Shown: positions 1 to 10,949 of the stretch, piece by piece | Numbering within the stretch: the stretch's first letter is position 1 | Layout of the letters: every line of letters starts with the position of its first letter | Source: an uncultured Nitrososphaerota archaeon | GTDB lineage: Archaea; Thermoproteota; Nitrososphaeria; Nitrososphaerales; Nitrosopumilaceae | NCBI GenBank assembly: GCA_963701075.1 | Contig: OY969559.1 | Coordinates: 1,728,001-1,792,000, forward strand | DNA: 64,000 nucleotides | Direction of reading: 5' to 3' | Program-made: the position numbers and the translations under genes | Notes under the pieces: generated by a model | Seen by the model: the letters and a program-made list of their open reading frames with translations, nothing else | What the model was told of the DNA's origin: nothing | The model's database searches: none

Positions 1-321
1 GTATTTGCTCCTGTAAAAACCGACCAGTTTGTCATTTAGCGTGCCTACAAAATTAATCAAAAGTGCAGCCCTTCCAGATATTTTTTCAGGGATATCTAGA
101 ACAAGTTCCTCATTTTTCTCGTCAAGCCTTACTTTTGCCTTTATCTTTTTTTCATTCCAGAGTACAGTGCAGTCCTGAATATCAAGTTCTGCCGAGTGTA
201 GAATTATCTGTCGTGTTGGTCTTGATACATTTATGATAATTTTCTCTTTTCCCCTAAACTTGAATCTGTCAAAGTCTGGCTCAAATTCCAGCTCATAGTT
301 AATTGGTAAAACAGATTTCAT
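1..321 (-). CDS. M1-family aminopeptidase N-terminal region (runs off window start)
   Basis: Manual translation MKSVLPINYELEFEPDFDRFKFRGKEKI...LHSAELDI...FVGTLNDKLVGFYRSKY matches the typical M1 aminopeptidase N-domain pattern. Confidence 0.8.
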   Translation of the reverse strand, partial: MKSVLPINYELEFEPDFDRFKFRGKEKIIINVSRPTRQIILHSAELDIQDCTVLWNEKKIKAKVRLDEKNEELVLDIPEKISGRAALLINFVGTLNDKLVGFYRSKY

Positions 322-355
322 AATATTTGGTTCCAAGATACAAGTAATATACCTT

Positions 356-853
356 CTAATGCAGAATATGAAAAAGCCAGTGCAAGAAATGAACGCTCAA
401 AAATACTATTGCAATTGATTTTACTGTCTTTCCAGTTGTCATCGCAATAGAATATTTTATAATGTTATATTTTTTGGTCCCAGCTATTATGGATACGATA
501 TCCCCAATTATTGGAATCCAAGGAGAGATAAAAATTACTGTACTCCAACCGTACTTTGTCATTATGTTTACGCTTTTTTGTTCATATTTTGGAGTAGATT
601 TTCGAAATTTTCCTATCAGCCTTCCCTCGTATCCAAGATAATATGCAATGTAACCACCGATTATAGAGCCAATTGTCAAAACCACAAAGACATGAAACGG
701 TTTTGCACCTCCCAAAAGCAGAGTCGAGGTGGTGATTTCAGTTGGAATTGGAATAAATGAAGAAAACATCCCATTGAAGAAAAGACCGACAAGACCATAT
801 TTTATGAACACAGTATCATGAAATATTGCATGTATGACATCCCATAGAACCAT
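356..853 (-). CDS. YqaA/DedA (VTT domain) membrane protein
   Basis: SSFIPIPTE, GSIIGGYIAYYLG and PWIPIIGD motifs; hydrophobic. Confidence 0.8.
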   Translation of the reverse strand: MVLWDVIHAIFHDTVFIKYGLVGLFFNGMFSSFIPIPTEITTSTLLLGGAKPFHVFVVLTIGSIIGGYIAYYLGYEGRLIGKFRKSTPKYEQKSVNIMTKYGWSTVIFISPWIPIIGDIVSIIAGTKKYNIIKYSIAMTTGKTVKSIAIVFLSVHFLHWLFHILH

Positions 854-868
854 CGCCTGACCTTTTCC

Positions 869-1096
869 TTAGCTCATTTTAAATGAATTGCCATATTTTT
901 CGTCTTTATCATAAATTGCAATTGAGATTTTTTTGAGAAGTTTCTTCTTTGATTTTTGTGCTTTGGCATCATTGCCATAATCTTTTTGTTCTAAAAGAGT
1001 GTGCAGGCGCTCAAGCTCAACTCTTGAGAGCGCTTGAACTCCCCTGCTCATTATCACTTCCAAAAGCGTTACTCTCTCAAGATCGTCGTTTGACAT
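869..1096 (-). CDS. small hypothetical protein
   Basis: 75-aa ORF with plausible composition, co-oriented with neighbours. Confidence 0.6.
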   Translation of the reverse strand: MSNDDLERVTLLEVIMSRGVQALSRVELERLHTLLEQKDYGNDAKAQKSKKKLLKKISIAIYDKDEKYGNSFKMS

Positions 1097-1149
1097 ATAG
1101 AGTAACTACCTCTTTGTTTAATATTTGTCTTGCAGAACAAAGTTCACAA

Positions 1150-1359
1150 TTGCTATACAAGGTAACGGTCTTTTTCCACACGGACTATATCGAGGTAAAA
1201 GACGACAAAATTGAGATAGGAGTAATGTCAAGGCCGCAAAAAGGCAAGGCCAATTCCGAGATTATTAAAAAAATTGCCAAGCATTTTGGGGTCCCTCGTT
1301 CCAATGTCAGGCTAGTTTCAGGAGAAAAATCAAGAAGCAAGATCATCGAAGTAACATGA
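1150..1359 (+). CDS. DUF167/YggU family protein (true start approximate, within ORF 949..1359)
   Basis: PQKGKANSEIIKKIAKHFGVPRSNVRLVSGEKSRSKIIEV motif. Confidence 0.8.
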   Translation: MLYKVTVFFHTDYIEVKDDKIEIGVMSRPQKGKANSEIIKKIAKHFGVPRSNVRLVSGEKSRSKIIEVT

Positions 1360-1424
1360 CAGGCAGATTGACCAAAAAACCTTCTACGTATAAAATATAA
1401 CGAGGTAAAAACTGCCCTCTTCCT

Positions 1425-2975
1425 GTGAAGAAGAACACAAAAAAGCTTTTTGCTTTTGGTTTTATGGCAATTTTTATAATTTCAACTATTACTGTAGTGG
1501 GAGCAGGTTACTTTCATGGTAACCCGCAACAGACAACCCCCCCAGCTGCCTTGACTGGAACGCCTGAGGACAATTATTCTCCTGACAAGAGAACAACTTT
1601 TTGCCAAAGTCAAAATGATACAGAGTCAACAAAATACATTACCGAGTTTAAGATTCCAACCCTGTGCACACAACCTCTTGCAGTTATCACCGATCCTTCT
1701 GGAAATGTGTGGTTTACCGAAACTAATACTGGAAATATTGGAGAGTTTGTTCCCGCCACGTCTTCATTTCATGAATTTGACAACCCATTATGGCAGAAAG
1801 GAGAGAAATCAATGCTATGGGGAATCTACTATGCCCCTGACGGTAACATTTGGTTTAGTGATTCACAGCACAGCTTGATATGGGAATTTAATACACAATC
1901 AAAGAATTATTCAAGTTTCATATTTCCAAAGACTACAGATCAATCAGAGTCATTTCCTCAGATGCTAAAGCCTGATGGTTCTGATATCATGGTAAATGAC
2001 TTTACGGGGAAAAAAGTTGCCGTTTTCAGTACAGACCAAACTGGTAATGACTTGACTACAACCAATATCATCTCTCCTGGAAATTATAACTTTACAAGCG
2101 ACATGGCAACTGACTCTACAAACAAAATTTGGTATACAGTGTGGAACTATCAGCTGGGAGGTCTTCTTGTAAGCTATAACCCACAGACTTCACAGTTCTC
2201 AAACTATACACTTCCTACTGGAATACTTGCACCAAATGGAATCTCAGTTGGGCCCAATGGCAAGATATGGCTGACAGATACTGCAAGTAGCATGTTTGTT
2301 AGTTTTGACCCACAGTCTCAGCAATTTACGAAATATATCACTGCGCCACCACAACTCTCGACGTATGGCAACGTCTCAGGACTGATAAAGACTCCAATTA
2401 CAAGACCGTATTGGAATCAATTCGATAGTCAAGGAAGGCTTTGGTTCAACGAGCAAGTAGCAAACTCACTAGCAGTATTTGACCCAATAAAAGAATCTCT
2501 TGTAGAATACTTGGTACCGTCAAAGAACCCCAACTGGTCAGATTGCGGTAACCAGACCGATTGTGGAGTGGCCCAAGTGCTCGCTTTTACGGTTGCAGAC
2601 AACAAGGTATGGTTTCCAGAGTGGGTTGAAAATAACATTGGCGTGCTAGACCCAACTGTTCCACTACCACTTGCTCTGAATGCATCTACTACAGTGGTCA
2701 CCCTACACAGAGGTCAGAATGAAACCGTGAATGTTACACTCAGTCCAAATGAGCAGCTAACCAGTACAGTGGATATACTTACACAGCAAACAGCAAATAC
2801 GCAAGACCTTAGCGTTACACCAACCAATCAGACAATTACATTGGATAAACAAAAAACCATACCAGTAAATCTGGCTGCTGACGATTTTGCGCTTTCAGGT
2901 ACATACAAGGTTGTGGTTGCGGCAAGATACCAAGATGTAACAATATCGCAATTCATTACAGTTACCATACAGTAA
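1425..2975 (+). CDS. exported Vgb-lyase-like/NHL beta-propeller protein with C-terminal Ig-like domain
   Basis: N-terminal signal/TM; repeated DxxGxxWF blades (GNVWFTE, GNIWFSD, GKIWLTD, GRLWFNE). Confidence 0.75.
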   Translation: MKKNTKKLFAFGFMAIFIISTITVVGAGYFHGNPQQTTPPAALTGTPEDNYSPDKRTTFCQSQNDTESTKYITEFKIPTLCTQPLAVITDPSGNVWFTETNTGNIGEFVPATSSFHEFDNPLWQKGEKSMLWGIYYAPDGNIWFSDSQHSLIWEFNTQSKNYSSFIFPKTTDQSESFPQMLKPDGSDIMVNDFTGKKVAVFSTDQTGNDLTTTNIISPGNYNFTSDMATDSTNKIWYTVWNYQLGGLLVSYNPQTSQFSNYTLPTGILAPNGISVGPNGKIWLTDTASSMFVSFDPQSQQFTKYITAPPQLSTYGNVSGLIKTPITRPYWNQFDSQGRLWFNEQVANSLAVFDPIKESLVEYLVPSKNPNWSDCGNQTDCGVAQVLAFTVADNKVWFPEWVENNIGVLDPTVPLPLALNASTTVVTLHRGQNETVNVTLSPNEQLTSTVDILTQQTANTQDLSVTPTNQTITLDKQKTIPVNLAADDFALSGTYKVVVAARYQDVTISQFITVTIQ

Positions 2976-2979
2976 AGAA

Positions 2980-4181
2980 GTGGTCCCAAAGACTAGATAA
3001 TTTAATTGGAATTTCCATCTATTGTACCAATACACAAGGTACTGGAGGAAAGATACGAACAAGCCAAGACCAATTCTTTGTGTCCGAAGTCTTGCGCGAG
3101 AAGACACTTGCAAAGATTTCACAGTCTGGAAACTATGCAGTCTTTAGGTTAAAAAAATCTGGAATTGATACAAACCATGTACTCTCAGACATATTAAAAA
3201 AACAGGGCTTGCGATTGAAGGCACTTGGCCTAAAGGACGCAAATGCCACAACTGAGCAGTTTGTTTGCGACATGAATGCCTCACGTATGCATGAAAACAT
3301 AACAACAAACAGGTATACACTTGAAAGAATCGGTTTTGTTCAAAAACCTCTTACAAAAAAGGACATGGTTGGAAATCATTTCAAGATCAAGATAGAGGAT
3401 GCGGATTTTGCAAAGATTTCAGGTTTTGACCAGTATGATAAGATTCTAAACTTTTACGGATACCAGAGATTTGGGAGCAGAAGAGCAGTCTCGCATCTCA
3501 TAGGAAAGGCAATGTTGCAGAGAAACTTTGACCTAGCCGTTGAAGTCCTACTTTCATCAACCTCAGAGTATGACTTTCCTGAAAACAACAAGATCAGGGA
3601 GGCGCTCAAGGACAAGGCAAACTATTTAAAAATTTTCGATGACGTGCCTCCACAGATGGATACCGAGAGAGTTGTCCTAAAAGAAATGATAGAGCACGGT
3701 GATGCACTAAAGGCATTGCGTGCCATACCAATATCTCTGAGAAGATTTTTTGTTGAGGCATATCAATCATTTATCTTCAATCGCACTGTCAGCATGGCAT
3801 ACGAAATGGGCGAGAATATGTTAGCGCCACAAGCAGATGATGTGTGTTATGACAGGGACGATAATCTCGGCAGATATCAAAATGATCCAGAACAAAAGCC
3901 TGTCCATACCTCTTGTCGGGTACTCATATTCAAAGAGAAACAGGTTTGACTATCAGATATCAAAGATACTTGGCGAAGAGCAGATGAGCCCAAAAGATTT
4001 CTTTGTAAAAGAGATGCAAGAGATAAGTGGAGAGGGCGGATTCAGGCATGCCGTCATGCTCTGCAGAGATTTTGCATCAAGCCCGCCACATGTAAGTTTC
4101 ACACTTTCAAGAGGCTCGTATGCAACCATGTTGCTAAGAGAGATAATCAAGCCATCTGATCCTGTTGCAGCTGGTTTCTGA
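2980..4181 (+). CDS. truD: tRNA pseudouridine(13) synthase TruD, split by apparent frameshifts
   Basis: GLKDANATTEQ, NFYGYQRFG and FTLSRGSYATMLLREI motifs across ORFs 3080..3949 and 3837..4181; N-terminus in another frame from ~2980. Confidence 0.85.
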
Positions 4182-4226
4182 GAAAATGTAAAATCAACTG
4201 CCAATTTATCAGCGTCATAATTTTTA

Positions 4227-5742
4227 TTGTCATTTCTCCAACATGCAAACATGTTCGACAAGTTTTACACCAAAGTAACAAAGGCTCCAGAATTTCCGTC
4301 CAACTTTGACTGGATTAACTCAAACGAGCCTCTCTCACTTGAGAAACTCAGGGGACATGTAATTGTTCTAGACTTTTGGACATATTGCTGCATAAACTGC
4401 ATGCACACACTGCCTGTCTTGGCCCAACTTGAAAGAAAATACGAGGAAAAACCAGTGGTATTCATTGGAGTTCATTCTGCAAAATTTTTCAACGAACAAG
4501 ACAGAAACAACATAGAGCAGGCCGTGAGAAGATACGAGATCTCTCATCCCGTTTTAGTAGATAAGCAGATGACAGTCTGGCAAAAATATGACGTCAGCGG
4601 CTGGCCTACAATTGTAATCATCGACCCAAGCGGCACCATAGTGTACAAGCAATCAGGGGAGGGCCAGAAAGAAGTGATAGAGGATACAATAGATGTACTG
4701 CTAGAAAAATATGGTAAAAGCGGAGATTTTGCCAAGGTGCCAATCAAAATTACTCGTCACATTCCCCAAGACAAGACAACTCTTTCTTATCCCGGCAAAT
4801 TATCCATATCAAATGGCAAGGTAGCAATCTCTGATTCAAATCACAACCGAATTGTCGTGACAGATATGACAGGCAAGATTGAGCACATCATAGGAAGTGG
4901 AAAGATAGGACTGGTCGATGGAAATTTTGCAGACGCCGCGTTTTTCAGGCCGCAGGGAGTGGTTTTCAAAGACAACACAATCTTTGTTGCCGATACTGAA
5001 AACCACGCCATACGAAAGATAGACATGGTTACAAGTAAAGTAACCACAGTTGCAGGTACCGGAAAACAAGGACCTTGGATGTCAAGTGGTGGAAAAGGAA
5101 AAGAGGCATCGCTTTCTTCACCTTGGGATGTCACTGCAAAAGACAATCTCATTTTCATTGCCATGGCAGGAAACCACCAGATATGGACATATGACACCAA
5201 GACAGACATGACATACCCTTTTGCAGGAAATGGTTATGAAAATATCATAGATGGTGACAGGATGAGAGCACAGCTGAGCTCAGCCAAGCGGTCTTTCAAT
5301 ATCGGATGACAGATTATATTTTGCAGATAGTGAAACTTCATCAATTCGCGAGGTAGACCTCCAGTCAGGGTATGTCAGAACAATTGTAGGACAGGGGCTT
5401 TTTTCCTTTGGATACAAAGACGGACATCATGATGAGGCACTCTTCCAGCACCCGCTTGGATTGTGTGCAACATCAAACCAAGTTTTTGTTGCAGACACCT
5501 ACAACTCTGCACTAAGAGCCATAGATTTGAAAAATGAGAATGTGACAACAATAATTGGAAAGCAAGGCATGTCTGGAATTTGTAGACTTGGTGACCCAAG
5601 TTGTGATTCTCTTGGACTCTACGAGCCAAGCGATGTCAAGTTTTACCAAGACAGGCTATACATTTCAGACACCAACAATCATTTGATACGAGTCTATGAT
5701 CTCAAAACAAATGTTCTCAAAACTCTGGAAATTACCAATTAG
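4227..5742 (+). CDS. thioredoxin-like + NHL-repeat protein (frameshift near 5280)
   Basis: LDFWTYCCINC, IGVHSAKF, ISDSNHNRI, VADTENHAIR motifs; continues in ORF 5461..5742. Confidence 0.85.
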
Positions 5743-5758
5743 ACCAAAAGATGAAAAT

Positions 5759-6049
5759 CTAATCAAAGAAATCTTTTGGTATGATTTGCTGATTTATTGC
5801 AAAATCCTCGACTTGTTGAAAAGTTACTGTGCCCTTTTTGTATTGTTCCCAGATAAACTCTAGATACTGTATCCTTTCTGGATGTTCCCCGTCTGGAGAT
5901 TTTGGCGATTTTTTTATGACATCGACACACAGTTTCTCAAGATGTGGATACTCGAACTTGTCAAATATAGCACTCAGTTTTTCCACATTCTCGTCTTTTG
6001 GTTTTGTTTTGCCAAAAAGTCCCATACGGCTTGTTAGATATATGGTCAT
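5759..6049 (-). CDS. hypothetical protein (likely start MGLFGK)
   Basis: 96-aa ORF convergent with the upstream gene. Confidence 0.6.
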   Translation of the reverse strand: MTIYLTSRMGLFGKTKPKDENVEKLSAIFDKFEYPHLEKLCVDVIKKSPKSPDGEHPERIQYLEFIWEQYKKGTVTFQQVEDFAINQQIIPKDFFD

Positions 6050-6184
6050 TTAAAAACTCTAGAATTAATTCCCAATGTACAATAAAATATAGCAAATGAA
6101 CCAAGTCTTCCAAATTTCCATCAAGAACAAAAGAATCCCTCCCATTTCAAGTAAGATTTTAAAGCTGTATTTTGTTACAATACC

Positions 6185-6415
6185 ATGGAAAAAGCATACA
6201 TATTGATTGGCTGCGAACTTGGCGCAGAAGGCGAGATAGTGGAGAAGATAAAACACATGGAGAAGGTCAAGGACGCAAGAGTTGTCTATGGAGATTACGA
6301 CATTGTCGTGGAAGCAGAAGCAAGTACCGATGTCCAGTTGGATAACCTAATTACAAAGAAGATAAGAAAGATGGAAAAGGTCAGGTCAACTATGACCTTG
6401 GGCGTCGTAAGCTAA
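6185..6415 (+). CDS. stand-alone Lrp/AsnC ligand-binding domain protein
   Basis: AYILI...VYGDYDIVV...VRSTMTL pattern. Confidence 0.85.
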   Translation: MEKAYILIGCELGAEGEIVEKIKHMEKVKDARVVYGDYDIVVEAEASTDVQLDNLITKKIRKMEKVRSTMTLGVVS

Positions 6416-6695
6416 TTCCAATTCCAAATACAACAATTCCCGTACCTGCAGCAGCTATCACTCCGCCGTTTACAATCCATTTGGGATTAGAGTACATAAA
6501 AGACGAATGTGGTCCTACAATTGAATTTCCCTGTAAAAAGAAGATTATGCCAAAGGCTGCAATGATGGCGCCTATCCCTATCAGTGGAATCCCCACACTG
6601 CGTGCTTTAGAAAGTTTTCCTCTACTCCTCATGTAAAAGTATGCGATAACAACTGCCGCAATTGCGACGCCAACTATGATTGTACTTGCCGGCAT
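6390..6695 (-). CDS. small membrane protein
   Basis: Three hydrophobic segments; SFMYSNPKWIVNG loop. Confidence 0.65.
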   Translation of the reverse strand: MPASTIIVGVAIAAVVIAYFYMRSRGKLSKARSVGIPLIGIGAIIAAFGIIFFLQGNSIVGPHSSFMYSNPKWIVNGGVIAAAGTGIVVFGIGISLRRPRS

Positions 6696-6883
6696 TATTG
6701 ATTCACAGGTTTATTACTATTAAGTGGTGATAAGCGTAGCAGATCCAAATTTAAGAACAAAGAGGCAACAATGATTGCGTCTATCCCCATAGTCCCTACT
6801 CTCAGGGTGTGATGCAGTACACTATTGATAAAAGACAAAATGAGTTGATAAAATAGACAAAATCATTTGGATTTCTTTCTTTA

Positions 6884-7603
6884 ATGAGCTTTCATAAAAC
6901 AAATCTAAGATTGGACGAGTGGGGACCTGACCTATTTGAGCTTGGACACAAAAGAAGCTGGTTTGATATCGGCATCTTTGCCGGAGCAGCAGCGCTCTCA
7001 ATACTAGTTTCCGTGGTATATGGCACTGTCATTAACCAAGCCATCGGACAGTCGCCAATCATTGTTGACTTGATGTTCATTCCGTCTTTTCTCATTGGCC
7101 TGCTTTATGGAGTAAAGATGGCAGAACGTGTAATGTCTCCTGCAGCACCCCGAAGTCCAGTCAGGAGAGGGATAATCAAGATATTTTTGTTCATATTCAT
7201 GATGGGTTCGATATTCACATCTGTTTCATTTGCGCTTCATGGAGGAGCTCATCCTCCAGAGAATTCCATTTTAAAAGAAGGAGTGATAAAGTGGATAAAC
7301 GAGTTCGTCCAGGCAAATGGAGGACTGACATTTCTAATAGTATCAAGTATTACCATGATGGCTGCTGCAACTAAGCGCATAGTTGGAATGGATGGTCTTC
7401 TAAGTAAGGTTTTCACATTTGTTGGAACGTATATTTTCTTTACAATGATTGCCTTGAGTCTAACACATAGCGACCCTACCCATTCCCAGGTGTACTTGTA
7501 TGCATGCTACCAAGCAGGAATAGTTGGCGGAATATTTTACCAGGTTAACAAGTTTACCACGCGCTCAAACATGTGGGAAGACTATAACAATGGATTCTGC
7601 TAG
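6884..7603 (+). CDS. multi-pass membrane protein of unknown function
   Basis: About six hydrophobic segments. Confidence 0.65.
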   Translation: MSFHKTNLRLDEWGPDLFELGHKRSWFDIGIFAGAAALSILVSVVYGTVINQAIGQSPIIVDLMFIPSFLIGLLYGVKMAERVMSPAAPRSPVRRGIIKIFLFIFMMGSIFTSVSFALHGGAHPPENSILKEGVIKWINEFVQANGGLTFLIVSSITMMAAATKRIVGMDGLLSKVFTFVGTYIFFTMIALSLTHSDPTHSQVYLYACYQAGIVGGIFYQVNKFTTRSNMWEDYNNGFC

Positions 7604-8115
7604 ATCTTTTGGTATCGCATAGTCAGAAACAAGATTCCAAAAGATGCGGCCATTATCATTGGAACAATTCCTGAAAACTCTGGCAGGTATGTTGTTCCTG
7701 TTATGTCAGTTTCCACCTTGCCAGTTTGGTTAAACTTTAAGATTATAGTAGTAAGATTATTGGCGTTCCTCAGCACGATGGGGTGAAGTTGCGTTCCGTT
7801 CTGAAAAGTAGTATAGTTTCCGCCAATGAGGTTAGTTGGTATATCTATTTCGGCAATGTTTCCAGTGTGAGAACTGTTGCCAATAAATGCCAATGTCTTG
7901 GTATTGTTGTTAAATGTTACATTTTGCATATCATAGTTTGATGTAGTGACTACTGTAAAGATCCACTGGCTTGCCTTGATTGGCCATTCCCATTTTATTC
8001 CAGGGTGGTAAAGTTTGAGATGCTGTGGATTTGTCTGACCAAAGGCCTGTGTTGAGAATAATACAGATGATATACCTAGAACAAGTACAAGCGCTAAGAA
8101 AAGAGCTGCCTTCAA
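7600..8115 (-). CDS. exported protein with PEF-type C-terminal sorting signal
   Basis: Signal peptide; C-terminal LPEFS + TM helix + basic tail. Confidence 0.7.
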   Translation of the reverse strand: MKAALFLALVLVLGISSVLFSTQAFGQTNPQHLKLYHPGIKWEWPIKASQWIFTVVTTSNYDMQNVTFNNNTKTLAFIGNSSHTGNIAEIDIPTNLIGGNYTTFQNGTQLHPIVLRNANNLTTIILKFNQTGKVETDITGTTYLPEFSGIVPMIMAASFGILFLTMRYQKI

Positions 8116-8570
8116 TTCTTCAGGCCAGCGATTTTGCCGCGCATTTCTCTGTCGGTAGATATTCTTGGATGCGACGGATCAGCCAGTATAATTTCATACC
8201 ACAAATAGACACCGTCTTGGTAAAGATAGTATGAACCGAGAAGTTTCATGTTTGGAAATCTTTCTAAAACTCTGCGTTCTGCCACTCTTTGCATGCTAAG
8301 TGCAGGCTTTATTCGTAGTACACCAAGATGTTTTGGCCTTCTTCCTGCAACAGGTCTCTTTTTGCGCATGTTTCCTCTGCCCACGCGCATCCTTACTACT
8401 GCTATACCCTGCTTTGCCTTGTATCCAAGTTGTCTTGCTTTGTGTAACCTGCTTGGCCTGTCAATTCTTTCCAGGGCGTGCTGCTTTCTCCATTCCACAG
8501 CCTTTGCTCTAAGCTCAGGTGAATTTTCTTTCCACATCTTAAGCCATACCTGTTCCTGGTGACCTACCAT
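8112..8570 (-). CDS. rpl15e: 50S ribosomal protein L15e
   Basis: KARQLGYKAKQG and WYEIILADPSHP motifs. Confidence 0.95.
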   Translation of the reverse strand: MVGHQEQVWLKMWKENSPELRAKAVEWRKQHALERIDRPSRLHKARQLGYKAKQGIAVVRMRVGRGNMRKKRPVAGRRPKHLGVLRIKPALSMQRVAERRVLERFPNMKLLGSYYLYQDGVYLWYEIILADPSHPRISTDREMRGKIAGLKN

Positions 8571-8670
8571 ATACCCCGCACTACTAAATTCCCCCTTAAT
8601 ATTCTGTTACAACAACCCATGCATACCAAGTTTCAAAACCCTATTATGAAATTGAATTGTTGCAAATTCT

Positions 8671-9294
8671 ATGAAGTTTGTAGCAATGTTAGTAATCGTA
8701 ATGGCAGTAGCATTTCTTGGTTTGATTGGAGTATCATATGCTTTGCCTGAGATATCAGTTGTTACAAGCAGGCCAGTTTACCAATATGGCGACAGCCTTT
8801 CTTTTTCAGTTACAGTCTCCAACGTTACAGGAGACATGGCAGTTTTAGAGATTGTAGATCAGTCAAACAAATCATCATCACCAATTGATATGATAATTAC
8901 AAAGCCCGTCTCAAATATCACGGCTCCAGTTCCATTTTATAAAACGATTTTTGCCCCTGGCACTTATTTTGTCAAGATTCAATATTCAGGTTCCAATGCA
9001 ACGACAAGTTTTCAACTTGTGGACACGGGAGATATTGTGATTCCCCCACAGTTCAAAGAGGTAGCAAGTTCCTGGGGTCAGAACCAAACATCTAACAAGT
9101 TATTTGGAGAAAATATTTTCTATCTTGTCGATTCAGGTACAATCAAGATAGACGGTTACCACGACCAAAACATGACAGCAATTCCATCATGGTTCAAAAA
9201 TGACGCACTTTGGTGGTCAAATGGCTCTATTTCAGACAATGATTTCGGACATGCCGTGCAATATCTTTTGGAATCCAAAATAATGATAGTCTAG
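8671..9294 (+). CDS. exported protein with thaumarchaeal IPxWxKN...WW C-terminal domain
   Basis: Signal peptide; IPSWFKNDALWWSNGSISDNDF motif. Confidence 0.7.
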   Translation: MKFVAMLVIVMAVAFLGLIGVSYALPEISVVTSRPVYQYGDSLSFSVTVSNVTGDMAVLEIVDQSNKSSSPIDMIITKPVSNITAPVPFYKTIFAPGTYFVKIQYSGSNATTSFQLVDTGDIVIPPQFKEVASSWGQNQTSNKLFGENIFYLVDSGTIKIDGYHDQNMTAIPSWFKNDALWWSNGSISDNDFGHAVQYLLESKIMIV

Positions 9295-9424
9295 TAGCTC
9301 TTTACAGTCTTACTTGGCCTTTTTCTTGCAGTACTTGCAATTACAATTACTACAACAATAGAAATGGCTCCAATTACTGCACAGTCAATTGGGCTCAGGT
9401 GGATGGTTGCGTTTGGAATATATG

Positions 9425-10298
9425 CAACTCATCCTAAAACCCTCCAATACATCATTATTCCAGTAATGTTAAGAAATGCCAGATAATTTTCTGCAATTCT
9501 CTCATATCTGATTCTAATTCTGTGGAATCCACATTTGAGCCATGCAAAGAATCTCTCCACCACGTATCTTGTCCTGTTGTAATTACTCTGACTTTTCTTA
9601 TTGTTGTTATTTTTGAAATTTCTGGATGGAATGCAGTCCCTGATGTTTCTATTCTTTAGATACTCTCTAATCTTTTTTGCATCATAACCCTTGTCTGCAT
9701 ATACAGCTACAATCTGTTCTATGGAATCATCATCAAGATATTCAGAGATGTTTTCCATCACATCGATGAGCTTTGTTGAATCATGCTCATTTGCAGGACC
9801 AATAATTATTGATACTGGAAGTGAATTGCAATCTACTGCAACATGTATTTTCGTGCCTGATATTCTTTTGAATCCGTCGTATCCTGTCACATCTCCCCTT
9901 TTTTGGCTGCAACAGTTGACGAATCAACCGATACCTTTTGCAGCTGTATCTTCCCTGAATGGTGTGCTGATTTTATTGCATCAGATAAGATATTTTGCCA
10001 GATTCCTTTTTGCTGCCATTTCTGCAATCTGAGATGAGCAGTTGATTTTGAGCCGTATCTTTTTGGCATCTCCTCCCACCTGCAGCCGGTAACCAGAATA
10101 AACATGATTCCATTTATTGTGGTACGGTCATCACACCTTGGTCTGCCTGTTCTGGCAGGCGATGGAAGGTGTTTTTGTATTGTTTCCCATTGTTTGTCTG
10201 AGATTTCTTGGAATTTCATGGAATCAGTGTGATTATTCCATCTGATAGATCCAGTGATCGTCAAAAATTTACTAAATGATCAGTTTTAGGATGAGTTG
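9425..10298 (-). mobile_element. IS5-family insertion sequence, 874 bp
   Basis: Perfect 16-bp TIR CAACTCATCCTAAAAC (9425-9440 / 10283-10298); 3-bp ATG duplication (9422-9424 / 10299-10301). Confidence 0.9.
9429..10264 (-). CDS. IS5-family transposase in two ORFs (9887..10264 and 9429..9890), likely programmed frameshift
   Basis: TGCRW, VDSS..AKKG, GTKIHVAVD, ADKGYD, RYVVERFFAWL motifs; AAAAAAGGGG slippery run at the junction. Confidence 0.88.
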
Positions 10299-10949
10299 AT
10301 GGTATCGTAAAAACAATGTTTCCTCCTGCATTTGTTTTAGATGGAGTATTTCCCGGCGTTGTGCTTGGCGGTGTTTTTGATGTAACTTTAGATAGCGGGG
10401 ATTGTGTTGTTGAATTTTTTGTGGTAGCATATGGAGATGTCTGCGATACAGTATGATTATGCACCTGTGACAATGGCGGGGTTTTCGGTGTATTGTTAGA
10501 AGGTGGCAATTGAGTCACGCCTCCGTTTGGCCCAGGTGTCACAAGGTAAGTTCCAATTATCTCAATTTGTTTATTGTCAGGAGTAAGTTGTAGTGACAGG
10601 GTTCTTGTGGTTGCAGTTGGAGTCTTTTCTTCAATATTTGCAGGTGTTCCGTCAATTACTGCAAGAAATGGAGTGTCATTGTTATGTTGATCTTTAGCGT
10701 CAAGTAGCGCACGAGGTATTGTCAGGTCAAGAGACGCACTTTGACTTGATACCTGTACTGATATCGTAAGCTCGTCGCCGTATGTTAGATTTGGTTCAAT
10801 GTCCTGTATCTTAACTCCATTTGCGTTATAGTTTATCTGATATGTATTTCCAAAAATAACTGGAAACGAACCCGTGTCAGCAAAGACAGGAGAGAATGGA
10901 AGTAATACCAAGAATAATGCAGGCACTACTAGTGCTAGACGTACCAAGT

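Larger units (their letters stand above)
9291..10947 (-). pseudogene. membrane-anchored surface protein interrupted by IS5-family element
   Basis: Removing 9425-10298 plus one ATG duplicate restores the frame ...NIVFTIP|YIPNATIHLSPIDCAVIGAISIVVVIVIASTARKRPSKTVKSY*; probable TTG start at 10947. Confidence 0.8.

Noticed and set aside
6825-6863. Short imperfect tandem TTGATAAAA(TA)GACAAAAT upstream of 6884
   Set aside because: Only two AT-rich copies; could be an operator but there is no supporting evidence.
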